Assembly: GCA_029856125.1 (NCBI GenBank)
Contig: JAHQWJ010000141.1
Location: 1 to 64,000 of the forward strand
Direction: 5' to 3'
Source of the DNA: Promethearchaeia archaeon
Lineage (GTDB): Archaea > Asgardarchaeota > Lokiarchaeia > Sigyniarchaeales > SOKP01
DNA length: 64,000 bases
In this document: positions 1 to 9,849 of the stretch, piece by piece
Position numbering within the stretch: position 1 is the stretch's first letter
Layout of the letters: each line of letters opens with the position of its first letter
Translations under genes and position numbers: made by a program
The notes under the pieces: model-generated
What the model was told of the DNA's origin: nothing
What the model saw: only the letters and a program-made list of their open reading frames with translations
Databases searched by the model: none

Positions 1-1065
1 CTGGTTTTCAATTGTAATCTCGAGTGGAGAAGTTTTATCCAGAAGAGGAGGTCTTAAATTTCTTATTGATGCTGTCAATGTAGCAGGAGGAGAAACCAAG
101 TTGGGTGTTATCGATTGAGTTTCATACTGAAAAATCAAATCGTTATTTAACTCGCATGTAAGCACCATGGGACCGATATTTGAATTGTCAACTTGAAAAT
201 GAGGTTTAATTTTGAATCGTAAATGAGTTTCCTCACCTAAGTCTAAAAGCAACGGGACTCTTGGTTTATTGTTTGTCGCTAAATTATCAGACAAATTTAT
301 TAAAATTTTAGTGATATTAAACTGGTTCAATTCAAACTGATAGAAAGAGTTATTTATGATTTCCACTAAATGTTTTGTATTAAATGTTAAATCTAAATTA
401 AGAATTTCATTTGTGGTATAAGTTTCTTTGTCTAATTTAAATGAGGTCGTAATGCTAAGCTTAATATGGGTTATTAATAATACCAATTTTAAGAGTTTTA
501 ATTCTGCTTCTCTAAATTTGTAATTTCCAATATTATCTTTGATTTTTTTGATGTATTTAGTTTCGTTATCTCTCAAAGCTAGAGTAATTTCCGAAACAAG
601 CTTAATCAACTGATGTTCCTTAAAAAATTCTTTATCAACCTTTTTACTAATTCTCTTTAAAAACTCCAATCCTTCGTTTGGAGTTCCTTTGACATAGGAA
701 CACATGTAAGAAAGCACGGAAAATATAACAAAATTCGAGTTTCTATCCCCTTCACTCTTGAGTTTAGGAATGAGATTTAATGCCTCCTTATAAATCGAGT
801 TTGCATCTCTATAGTTATTTGCCCATAAACAAGCTTCTCCAGATTGTCTAAATAACTCTACGCTGGTGTCAAAACGCCCAATTTCAGTAAAAATTTTTGC
901 ACTGTTCATGAAACAAACTTTAGCTTTTTCGTAATCATTTAATTTAAGCAACAAATTCCCGGCTAAATGGTAAGTTTTACCAGCTTTTTTAAATTGTTTC
1001 GCTCTATACAGTTGCTCAGCTTTTAGTATCTGTTTTTCAACAACTAGTTTTTGGTCCTTTCCCAT
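1..1065 (-). CDS. Partial (runs off window) protein with N-terminal SNAP/TPR-like helical repeats and C-terminal beta-sandwich-like region
   Basis: Not in ORF track. Open frame of 355 codons from ATG at 1065 to the window edge: MGKDQKLVVEKQILKAEQLYRAKQFKKAGKTYHLAGNLLLKLNDYEKAKVCFMNSA...; later alternating beta pattern (FKLDKETYTTNEILNLDLTF, PLEITIENQ). Confidence 0.75.
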   Translation of the reverse strand, partial: MGKDQKLVVEKQILKAEQLYRAKQFKKAGKTYHLAGNLLLKLNDYEKAKVCFMNSAKIFTEIGRFDTSVELFRQSGEACLWANNYRDANSIYKEALNLIPKLKSEGDRNSNFVIFSVLSYMCSYVKGTPNEGLEFLKRISKKVDKEFFKEHQLIKLVSEITLALRDNETKYIKKIKDNIGNYKFREAELKLLKLVLLITHIKLSITTSFKLDKETYTTNEILNLDLTFNTKHLVEIINNSFYQFELNQFNITKILINLSDNLATNNKPRVPLLLDLGEETHLRFKIKPHFQVDNSNIGPMVLTCELNNDLIFQYETQSITPNLVSPPATLTASIRNLRPPLLDKTSPLEITIENQ

Positions 1066-1154
1066 TCTAAAATCACTATTATATTAAATTAAACGTGAAA
1101 TTAATAATTGAGGGATTGTTTTGACTTTTTGGCACTTAGAAGTCTTATTAAATT

Positions 1155-1167
1155 AAAAAAAAAAAAA
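1155..1167 (-). terminator. Oligo-T tract, probable archaeal intrinsic terminator
   Basis: 13 T on the minus strand immediately after the stop of 1170..1775. Confidence 0.35.
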
Positions 1168-1169
1168 GA

Positions 1170-1775
1170 TTAATAAGCCATTAAGAGAAGAATAAATGCC
1201 ACCATGATGATTGTTCCACTAACACCAGACACCCATGAAAAGATTACAAACCCAATGATGAGTAAAACCCACCATGAATAAGGTATTTTGATATCGATTT
1301 TATCAAATAGCGTTAGAAGTAAAATGATACCAAAAATAATCCCCACTATTGCCAAGGCGATATTTCCCCCTAGGATAAACATTATTGCTTCATATATTAA
1401 ATAACAAGCACCAATCAATGCTACTATTTTTGAGGCGGCGTACGATTTCTTCTGACTTAAAATCTCTATTATTGCTGCAGTTATTACTAAAATCCCCGCT
1501 AAATAAGAAGGCCCTACTAGATACTCAAAGAGTAGAAGAACGATTCCTATGATAAGTAGAACCCACCATATATAAGGTATCTTAAGCTTTTTAAAATCAA
1601 TTATTTCTAGAGAATCAAATACAAGAAATGCAATGATTAAACCTAAAATCCCAAATAAAATGGCCATCCAGTTCGTCGTGTAAAAATAGAAAATGCTATC
1701 TCTGATTAAGATTAGCGTACCTATAAGAGCAACAACTTTAGAGGCTGAAATTCCAACTTTAGAGCTTTCACCCAT
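1170..1775 (-). CDS. Integral membrane protein with two-fold internal repeat
   Basis: 201 aa, hydrophobic; ASKVVALIG...KIPYIWWVLLIIG repeated as ASKIVALIG...KIPYSWWVLLIIG. Confidence 0.8.
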   Translation of the reverse strand: MGESSKVGISASKVVALIGTLILIRDSIFYFYTTNWMAILFGILGLIIAFLVFDSLEIIDFKKLKIPYIWWVLLIIGIVLLLFEYLVGPSYLAGILVITAAIIEILSQKKSYAASKIVALIGACYLIYEAIMFILGGNIALAIVGIIFGIILLLTLFDKIDIKIPYSWWVLLIIGFVIFSWVSGVSGTIIMVAFILLLMAY

Positions 1776-1970
1776 AATTTTTCACAAAAATTTGTTAAAT
1801 TAATTTATTAATTAATCCTAATTCTATACAGAACTAGAATATAACGAGTACTAGAAATCCTCATATATATAATTTTATGTTAATTTATATTAGAAGTTTA
1901 ATAGAGTTAAACTTCAAAAAATTAAAAAATGGGGGTAAAACTTTTATCACCGATACCATTGCAGAATGGT

Positions 1971-2016
1971 CCGTCTTCTCGCGACTATTATTTTTTCGCG
2001 AAAATCATTCCTTCGG
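1971..2016 (-). promoter_or_regulatory. Eukaryote-like SECIS element
   Basis: mRNA CCG-AAGGA-AUGA-UUUUCGCGA-[AAAAAUAAUAG]-UCGCGAGAA-GA-CGG: AUGA/GA core, 9-bp upper stem, apical A run, CCG/CGG lower stem; lies at the 3' end of a UGA-containing operon. Confidence 0.8.
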
Positions 2017-2490
2017 TTTAATATTTTTCTTTTTTTCTTCAGAATCTTTTTTTTCAGCTTCTTTAATCAGTGATGCTTTAATGGGGTTGGTTCCTAGATT
2101 CTCAATAATTTCAGATATTCGGGTGACTTCTTCTTGAAATCTTTGGCCTTCAGCTGCACTACAGTAAAACATTTGGATTCTCTCTGGTGCTACTCCTGCT
2201 GTTTTTAAAATTTCCTTTGTGTATTCTACATTCTTTGCCGCTACTAAATTCCCAGTTTCGTAGTCGCATTCTCCTTCGTATCATCCAGCAACTATTACAC
2301 CATCTGCTCCCTTTCCGATAGCTCTCATCATTAAGCTAGGTGTAACTCTCCCCGTGCAGTTTATCCTTATTGGTCTAATTGTTGCGGGATATTGAGCTCG
2401 AATCGTACCGGCCATGTCTCCAGCGCCATAGCCTCATTTCCAACACATAAAGGCTAAAATTTTTACTTGGTCTTTTACCTTCGCTGTCAT
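2005..2490 (-). CDS. mvhD: Hydrogenase/Hdr [2Fe-2S] subunit MvhD/VhuD, selenoprotein (Sec19, Sec70), 161 aa
   Basis: Missed by ORF track. MTAKVKDQVKILAFMCWKUGYGAGDMAG...IRINCTGRV...GADGVIVAGUYEGECDYETGN...ERIQMFYCSAAEGQRF. TGA at 2434-2436 and 2281-2283 occupy the conserved Cys positions of CxxC and GCxxGxC. Confidence 0.92.
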
Positions 2491-2503
2491 ATTTTACACC
2501 TCT

Positions 2504-4480
2504 CTATATGTTTTCCAATATAGCATCAATTTGTTTTTCATATTGGGGCTCACGATAGTATCTTAAAGTTATTGCTTCTGAGGGACAATTAGCTAAACAA
2601 GCACCGCATCCTCTACATAGGATTTCATTGACTTCAGCACCATCAGGTTCTACTTTAATAGCATCGTAAGGGCAGTTAAGTTGACATAACCCACATTTCG
2701 CACACTTTTCATTATCAACAGTTGCACGAATTAAGAGAATTCGATATTTATCCTTCATCATTAACCTTGCTAAAGAAGACGCAGCTGCTCTTCCTGACGC
2801 TATTGAATCCGAAATCGCTTTAGGTCCTTGAGATACACCAGCTAGCACTATTCCTGGAATCTTTGTGTCGATAGGGTTTAATCGCGAATGAAATTCCTTG
2901 AAAAACCCATCATGACTTTTTTCAAGTTTTAAGATGCTAGCAATTTTTTCAATCCCCTTAGCTGGCACCATAGCACTAGATAAAACAACTAAATCGAACT
3001 CGAATTCTTTTAACTTAGTAGTTCCAACCGTGTTTTGTAATGCAACCTTAAGATTGTGTGTTTCGGGATCTTCTTGAAGCCGGGATACATTTGTTCTAAT
3101 GTATTTTATTCCTTCTTTTCGAGATGCTGTGAAATATTCCTCGTAATCTTTCCCTGCTGCTCTTATATCCATGTAGGCTACAGTGACATCTATGTGGGGA
3201 CCGTGTTGTTTTATGAGTTTTGTATTCTTAACGGATATCATACAACACACACCTGCACTGCAGTACGTCTTCCGAGTTAAATCTCTTGAACCAACGCATT
3301 GAATGAACAAGACACTTTTCGGTTCTTTTCCATCAGAAGGACGCTTTAAATGTCCAATCGTAGGCCCGTTAGGTGCTAATATCCTTTCAAGTTTTAATTG
3401 AGTGATTACATTTGGATAGACATTGTATCCTAAATAACCCGTTTCAGGTTCGTATTCGTCCCATCCCGTTGCTACAACTATCGAGCCAACCTTGACTTCC
3501 AGAAGTTCATCTTCTTGATCGAAATCAATTGCATCTACTTCACACGCTTTTATACACAAGCCACACTTAATGCATTGCGTCATATCGATTTGTGCCAACA
3601 TTGGAACTGCTTGTGCGAAGGAGGCATAAATTGCTCTCCGAGGGTCTAATCCTTCGTTAAATTCGTTATATCCATAAGCAGGACAGACTTCCCAACAAGC
3701 ACCACAACCGTTACATTCGTTATTTACGTATCTTGCTTTTTTCCGGATTTTAACCTCAAAATTACCTACAAATCCAGTTACTTCTTCTACTTCACTGTAT
3801 GTATGTAAGTTTAATCCCGGGGTTCTAGCTGTTTGGAGCATTACTGGTCCGAGAATTCAAATACTACAATCGTCCGTAGGAAAAGTTCTGTCAAGCATCG
3901 CCATTTTACCGCCAATCGTTGGTTTCTTTTCAACTAAGTGCACTTCAAATCCTTCTTCAGCTAAATCGATTCCTGCCGATAATCCAGCAACTCCACCACC
4001 AATTATAAGAGCTTTCTTTGTTATGTCCACTTCCTTAATAAGGATTTTCTCTAAGGTGGCAGCTCGAGCGACTCCAGCGCGAATGGCATCTTCAGCTGTA
4101 CTCTTTGCTCCGGGTCTATCGTTTCTATGGACAAAACTCGAGTGCTCTCGAATATTAACGAATTCTAAGTACGATGGATCCAAATTCATCTCTTCCAACA
4201 CGCTTTTAAAAACCGGTTCGTGGGTTTTTGGGGTACAAGATGCCATAAGTAATCGATTAGCGTTGTGTTCTATCATCTTTTCTTTTATAAACTCAGCACC
4301 GGACTGAGTTCATAGAGCGATATAGTCTATTGCTTCGACGACGTTCGGTAACTTTTTTGAATATTCTGCTAACGCTTTTGTATCTATTATTTCAGCGATA
4401 TTCAGTCCTCACTGACATATTGTTACTAAGATTCTGACATCATCACTTTCAGTCATTACTTTGTCTTTAGTTTCTACCAT
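2504..4480 (-). CDS. hdrA: Heterodisulfide reductase subunit A, selenoprotein (Sec24, Sec57, Sec208), 658 aa
   Basis: ORFs 3857..4276 and 2504..3841 plus upstream sequence are one frame from ATG 4480 (AGGAG upstream). In-frame TGA at 4409-4411 (ICQUGLNIA), 4310-4312 (ALUTQSG), 3857-3859 (FPTDDCSIUILGP). GGGVAG FAD motif, ASCTP, IQCVGSRD and ferredoxin motifs are present. Confidence 0.93.
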
Positions 4481-4665
4481 TGCATATTTCTCCTAGTGTT
4501 ATTTTATTAGTTCCTCCAATAATTTTTACGCTAATTATTATTCATGAAATATTTTATTCTAATTTAAAATAACGATTAAAAAAATTAACTTTAAATCAGT
4601 ATTCTTTTATATATCTTTTAAATTAAATCAAATTTAAATAGATTTTCCACGGTTATTACTTTAAG

Positions 4666-5079
4666 ATGCTATTTACTTTTTTACAAATGGGAACACCTTC
4701 AATAGGGGACTTAATACCGTTTATTATAATGGGCGCGTTCGCTGCAGGAGATATATTGCTATTAAAGTTAGCATTAGTGGTAACTAAAGCTCAGAAAAGG
4801 ACTCGGATGAAATGGGTTGCGGGAAGTTTTGCTATTCAATTTGGAATAATTTTTATTATTAGTTCTCCCTTGTTTTTGCTAGGTTTTATGGGTAAATTTC
4901 AAGGAGAACCTGATGTAATAATACCTATCGTCATCTTATCATTATTTATAGATCTCAACGTGATAAATGTCTTACATCAAGTTGGTCTAAAGCGTTCATT
5001 TGGCATTCTTTTGATTACATTCGTTCCGATAATAATCGTAATGATTATTTTAGGGAACACCCTTGCAAGAATGCCATAG
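4666..5079 (+). CDS. Hypothetical membrane protein
   Basis: 137 aa, about 4 hydrophobic helices; start uncertain. Confidence 0.7.
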   Translation: MLFTFLQMGTPSIGDLIPFIIMGAFAAGDILLLKLALVVTKAQKRTRMKWVAGSFAIQFGIIFIISSPLFLLGFMGKFQGEPDVIIPIVILSLFIDLNVINVLHQVGLKRSFGILLITFVPIIIVMIILGNTLARMP

Positions 5080-5093
5080 AACCAATAAGTTAC

Positions 5094-6014
5094 TCATAAA
5101 TTAATTTCTCTGTTAATTTGCTGATTCATAGCAATAATTTCTTCTCGTGCAGCCTCACCAAATTTATCAGAGGGGTATTTTTCATTTTTAAAATAAGCAT
5201 ATGTTATTCCTCTTGACGAGTTAACTATCCCCCCTAAACCGTTTTCATTAAATCCACTTTTTATATCTCTCGCTGCAGCACCTTGAGCTCCAAAACCAGG
5301 CAATAATATGTACGAATTTTTCACAATACTCCTTATCGACTCTAACTCTTGCGGGAAGGTTGCGCCTACTACTACGCCTAAATTATGAAACTTTGAAAAT
5401 TGGTTTAAATTCTCACCCCAATCTGCTACGAGCCGAGCCATTTTTATATAATTTCTTTCTAACGTCATTTTTTCTACATTGATTTCAATAGCAGAATCTA
5501 AAACATTTGGAATTCTGGCACTAAAAAGATTCTGAAAATCGTTGCTACTGGGATTCGATGTTTTTACTAATACGAATACACCTTTTTCTTTATGTTCTAA
5601 AAAGGGTCTAACTCCGTCAATTCCAAGGTACGCATTTAACGTGCATGCGTCTGCATTAAACACCTTAAATGTGGAATGTGCATAAGCTTCTGAAGTCGCC
5701 CCGATATCATTTCTTTTTGAGTCTAATATAACAAGCAGATCTTTTTTATGGGCATATTTTATGGTTTCTTTTAAGGCAGATAATGCATCATATTTCTCAT
5801 AAAATGCAATTTGGGGCTTTACAACGGGGATCAAATCTGCTGTATTATCTATTAAAATTTTATTAAATTCAAGAATGATCTTGTTCGGGTATTCAAATTC
5901 TTTAATAAGGAATTGTGGAATTTCTCCTTCTTTATCCAACCTAGGATCTAAACCCATGCATACAACACTATGTTTGTCAATGATAGATTGGATCAGATCT
6001 TCGATAAAAGTCAT
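5094..6014 (-). CDS. pyrF: Orotidine-5'-phosphate decarboxylase
   Basis: CMGLDP, KPQIAFYE, LDSKRNDIGAT (DxKxxDIxxT), VKTSNP, GVVVGAT, LLPGFGAQG, VNSSR. Confidence 0.93.
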   Translation of the reverse strand: MTFIEDLIQSIIDKHSVVCMGLDPRLDKEGEIPQFLIKEFEYPNKIILEFNKILIDNTADLIPVVKPQIAFYEKYDALSALKETIKYAHKKDLLVILDSKRNDIGATSEAYAHSTFKVFNADACTLNAYLGIDGVRPFLEHKEKGVFVLVKTSNPSSNDFQNLFSARIPNVLDSAIEINVEKMTLERNYIKMARLVADWGENLNQFSKFHNLGVVVGATFPQELESIRSIVKNSYILLPGFGAQGAAARDIKSGFNENGLGGIVNSSRGITYAYFKNEKYPSDKFGEAAREEIIAMNQQINREINL

Positions 6015-6077
6015 AATTCTTCATCAATCCTCGTTATTACATTACTATTTCAAATACTCTCAAAGTTCTATCGTGTT

Positions 6078-6698
6078 TTAAATAAATGATATATCTTGAT
6101 ACTCTATAGTTTCCTCATTTTTTTTAGCAATACCTAGTTCCCGTACTTTACGATTTAAATTTATAAAAGCTTCTTTCACGAATTTCTTATTTTTTGCTCC
6201 TGTACAAACAACTTTTCCAGTGGAAAATATCAAAAAAACCGTTTTAGGGTCTTTCATTCGGTAAATTAACCCTGGAAAGACTTCTGGCTCGTACATGGCA
6301 TTTTCCATTATAATTGCAGCCATATTTAAATCAATAAATGTGTGTAAATCTCCACTTGCGACAATATTTTGAACCGTGATTTCTGGATTAGATACCTTAA
6401 TTCCTGCATTTTTAATAGATTTAATAATTTTTGTTACTCCAGGGCTTGCCTCCTCTGCTCTTCTAAGTCCTGTAATAACCATTTTTCCCGTAGAGAATAT
6501 AAGAAATGTTGCTTTTGGGTCCTTAATTCTCATGACAAGACCCGGAAACCTTTCGGGATTATACTCGGCATCTTCAAATTTGCGGGCGATTTTGGTAAGG
6601 TCAATCTTTTCAGTAATCTCCAGTACAACTGTGGCAACAACATTTTCGATTTTATAGTCTAATTTAAAATTAGATTCATCTCTTTTTTCTACCGACAT
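6078..6698 (-). CDS. tbp: TATA-box binding protein
   Basis: Two repeats IENVVAT...YNPERFPGL...LIFSTGKMVITG and VQNIVAS...YEPEVFPGL...LIFSTGKVVCTG. Confidence 0.98.
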   Translation of the reverse strand: MSVEKRDESNFKLDYKIENVVATVVLEITEKIDLTKIARKFEDAEYNPERFPGLVMRIKDPKATFLIFSTGKMVITGLRRAEEASPGVTKIIKSIKNAGIKVSNPEITVQNIVASGDLHTFIDLNMAAIIMENAMYEPEVFPGLIYRMKDPKTVFLIFSTGKVVCTGAKNKKFVKEAFINLNRKVRELGIAKKNEETIEYQDISFI

Positions 6699-6795
6699 AA
6701 TTCTTTACCTAAAAGAAATAATTGTTCATTAAACATAATTCTTTATATAAAAAAAATTTATTTATTTAAATAACATTCGATCGAGTTAAATCTTT

Positions 6796-7764
6796 CTAAT
6801 TTGTTTCCTCAATATCCTCTGTCGCTATTCTTTCACGGATTTCTTTCTTAATTTTTTTTATTGTAACTCCTTTAAGTTTAATGAATTGATGAATTAATAT
6901 ACCAGTGGAGATAAGAATTCCAATTAAGTAAAACACCTGAATAGTCCAAAAAAATGGCTCGATAGATGTAAAGAATACAAGATTGAATGTGTAAGACAAA
7001 CATGCGATTGTCGTAATGCAAATCATAGAGATAAGTAAAGCTATTCTTTCATAAAACTTAGGTTCGCCTTTTTCAAAAACAATTATTTTTAACCAAAAGA
7101 TTATGCAAACAAATGCTAAAGGTGTAAAGATAAGTGCCCCGATGGCAATTGGGATAAGTAAATACACTGCAAATTGATCTCTCCAGATATCTAGGACGTC
7201 TCCTAATGTCATCTGATCTTGAATTTGAGCTTTCGCGTACTTTCCTCTCCAGTTAAAGTATCCTTTCTTCATTTTTCGTCCTATTTCTTTTGTTCCTCTC
7301 TTCACACGTTTAATTATTCCCATGTCTACAGCCTCCTGAAATTCTTCTCTAATTAAGGGAATGATATATAATGTTAGCATTAAAGAGATAATACCGTAAA
7401 GAAATACAAGAAGATCAAGCCAATATTGTATACCTGTTGGAGGTATTGCGGGAGGTAAGCTTGAAATTATGCTATAAATAGCATATCCAATGAAAATTCC
7501 TGGAACTATCACTTGAATAATTATAAGAATCTGAACATGTTTTTTCGTAAATTTTTCAGTAAAACGACTAAGAATCCACAAAATACCATTAGAAACAGTT
7601 AGTATCAAACCAAAACCAGAAAGAAGCTTCATTGTCCAAAAGAAAAGTAAGAACGTAATATTCAACGCAACAAATCCAAAAACAAACTCAAGAATCATGA
7701 AAATTACAGTTGCAACTAAACCAATTATATAAAATATATCAAATTTTTTGAGATTTAGATTCAT
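6796..7764 (-). CDS. Hypothetical multi-pass membrane protein
   Basis: 322 aa with several transmembrane segments and a basic loop. Confidence 0.75.
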   Translation of the reverse strand: MNLNLKKFDIFYIIGLVATVIFMILEFVFGFVALNITFLLFFWTMKLLSGFGLILTVSNGILWILSRFTEKFTKKHVQILIIIQVIVPGIFIGYAIYSIISSLPPAIPPTGIQYWLDLLVFLYGIISLMLTLYIIPLIREEFQEAVDMGIIKRVKRGTKEIGRKMKKGYFNWRGKYAKAQIQDQMTLGDVLDIWRDQFAVYLLIPIAIGALIFTPLAFVCIIFWLKIIVFEKGEPKFYERIALLISMICITTIACLSYTFNLVFFTSIEPFFWTIQVFYLIGILISTGILIHQFIKLKGVTIKKIKKEIRERIATEDIEETN

Positions 7765-7876
7765 AAGTAAAAAATATTCCTTAAAATCTTAATAATTTTT
7801 GTGTTTTCAGACTAAAAGTCATATTTTTCAAAAATAGGAATTATGTTTTATAATAAATGATATGATAAATTTAGGT

Positions 7877-9238
7877 TTAGAGTGCTGATTCGTCAATTAT
7901 ATCATAAATTTTATCAATGAGGGAGCTAATTTTTATGGTTTCTTGCGCTTCAGTTTTCATATTTTTTATTGTAACTTCGTTTTGTTCCATCTCTTTTGGA
8001 CCAATGATCAATACAATTAGAACTCCAAGTTCATTGGCTTTACTCAATTGATTTTTAAGATTTGAAAATCGATAATCTACGATACATGGAAAATCTTCAC
8101 CTCTTACCATTCCAGCGAGTTTTAACGCGTAACCTGACACAGTTTCGTTAATTGAAGCAATGTAAATAGTATCGGTATAATCAGGTTCCCGAATTTCTTC
8201 TGGGATTAAATTATATGTTTTTAGAAATAAAGAGAACATTAAAACACCCATTCCAAATCCGGTTCCTGTTATTTTTTCATCAGAAAATAAAGTAAGTAGG
8301 TCATCATAGCGTCCACCACCAAAAATACTTCTAATATTTTCTTTTCCTGTATCAAAAACTTCATATACTATTCCCGTATAATAATCCAGACCGCGTGAAA
8401 CTCCAGGTGAAAAGTTACAATACTCTGAGATCTTAGCATCTTCTAGAAGTTGTATAAATGAAGTTAACTCTTTATACCCTATAGTACCGTAAAATTCCTC
8501 AGAAATATCTTCAAATCGGTTTAAAAGGTCTTTTAAACTTGTCGCTTCTTTTAACTTAGTTATGCCTTGAATAATAATTTCATCTTGAAAAATATCTAAT
8601 ACGTACTTCTCGTATTCTGAATCTTCCATTTTATCAGCTTTATCTAAAATTTTATAAACTAATGGTATTTTTTCTTTAGGCACATTCAAAATTAATTCAC
8701 AAACCGAATCTATGAAGCGACGATTATTGTAATAAATTTGGAATTGCTCTGATGTAGCACCAAATTCAGAAAAAATGTCAACGATAATGTTAAATATCTC
8801 TAAATCAGCATAAAGACTATCTTCTCCCAAAATATCCATATTAATTTGCTTGAATTCCCTTCGTCGACCTTTTTGTGGCCTTTCGTATCGATAGCATGTC
8901 GGTACTGAAAACCACCTTATAGGTTTTTTTAGTTCTTGACGCTTCGCAGTGATCATTCGCGCTAAAGATGGAGTAAGTTCAGGAATTAATATTAATTTTT
9001 CTCCTTTTTTCTTCTCAACTATGAAAGATTGTTCATTTACTAACTCGTCAGAGGATTTAGCGGCAAAAATCTCAATGGGTTCTAAACTGGGACTCTCGAA
9101 TTCTTCATAACTATATAAATCCGCAACATCTCGAATATTATCAATTATCCAGTTTGTTTCCCGCAAATCCGAAGGATAATAATCTTCCATTCCTCTTAGT
9201 GGTTTAGTTGATAGTTTCTTAGACATAATATTGTTCAC
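7877..9238 (-). CDS. hisS: Histidine--tRNA ligase
   Basis: RGMEDY, PELT, YRYERPQKGRRREFKQ, RGLDYYTG, GGGRYD, GTGFGMG, C-terminal anticodon-binding domain. Confidence 0.96.
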   Translation of the reverse strand: MNNIMSKKLSTKPLRGMEDYYPSDLRETNWIIDNIRDVADLYSYEEFESPSLEPIEIFAAKSSDELVNEQSFIVEKKKGEKLILIPELTPSLARMITAKRQELKKPIRWFSVPTCYRYERPQKGRRREFKQINMDILGEDSLYADLEIFNIIVDIFSEFGATSEQFQIYYNNRRFIDSVCELILNVPKEKIPLVYKILDKADKMEDSEYEKYVLDIFQDEIIIQGITKLKEATSLKDLLNRFEDISEEFYGTIGYKELTSFIQLLEDAKISEYCNFSPGVSRGLDYYTGIVYEVFDTGKENIRSIFGGGRYDDLLTLFSDEKITGTGFGMGVLMFSLFLKTYNLIPEEIREPDYTDTIYIASINETVSGYALKLAGMVRGEDFPCIVDYRFSNLKNQLSKANELGVLIVLIIGPKEMEQNEVTIKNMKTEAQETIKISSLIDKIYDIIDESAL

Positions 9239-9381
9239 TTAAATTAGCGCTAGTAATATTTAAAAAAGCGATCATTTACAATTATCTTTTTCGTTTTTAT
9301 TGGATTAAGGAAAGTTAATTCAACCATTTCAATATCATTCAAGATAAAAACCTATTAAAATAATTAAGCGTTAAAATAATT

Positions 9382-9759
9382 ATGCCAAATATTGAAATGA
9401 TTAACCCGGGAACCCCCGTTGCAGGACCTTATAGTCCAGGTATAAAAGCAGGTAATTTTCTATTTATTTCTGGTCAAGGTTCGGCTCAATCGAAAGAAGA
9501 TATTAAAGAACAGACCTTAACTACACTTAATAAAATAAAAACAATCGTAGAGGCTGGAGGCGGCAAAATTTCTAATATCGTTAAAGCAACCGTGTATTTA
9601 AAAAATATTAACGATTTTAGTGAAATGAACTCTGTTTACAAGAAATTTTTTAATGAAAACGGCGTTTCAGAATTTTATCCTTCAAGAGCAGCATTGGAAG
9701 TATCGAATTTACCTTTACCTAGCATGTTAATAGAAATAAGTGCAATCGCTGTGTTGTAA
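9382..9759 (+). CDS. ridA: RidA/YjgF family enamine/imine deaminase
   Basis: GPYSP, FISGQ, VKATVYL, MNSVY, PSRA, IEISAIA. Confidence 0.88.
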   Translation: MPNIEMINPGTPVAGPYSPGIKAGNFLFISGQGSAQSKEDIKEQTLTTLNKIKTIVEAGGGKISNIVKATVYLKNINDFSEMNSVYKKFFNENGVSEFYPSRAALEVSNLPLPSMLIEISAIAVL

Positions 9760-9849
9760 TTCACTATAATGTATTTTTTTTTTACAAAATCTAAAAAGCA
9801 ATTTTCATCTATTATCACTTAATTACTAATTACGAAGGTTGAATGATAT

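Noticed and set aside
1893-1915. Perfect hairpin GAAGTTTAA-TAGAG-TTAAACTTC as a second SECIS
   Set aside because: No AUGA/GA core; more likely a terminator, stability or operator element.
1885-2007. Read-through of the final mvhD TGA as a third Sec
   Set aside because: It follows a charged tail beyond the conserved domain, lies within the SECIS core, and the extension resembles nothing.
1877-2137. 86-aa plus-strand ORF
   Set aside because: Antisense shadow of the mvhD 3' end and SECIS.
2504-4276. ORFs 3857..4276 and 2504..3841 as separate genes or an hdrA pseudogene
   Set aside because: Same frame; all interruptions are TGA at conserved Cys sites, and a SECIS is present.
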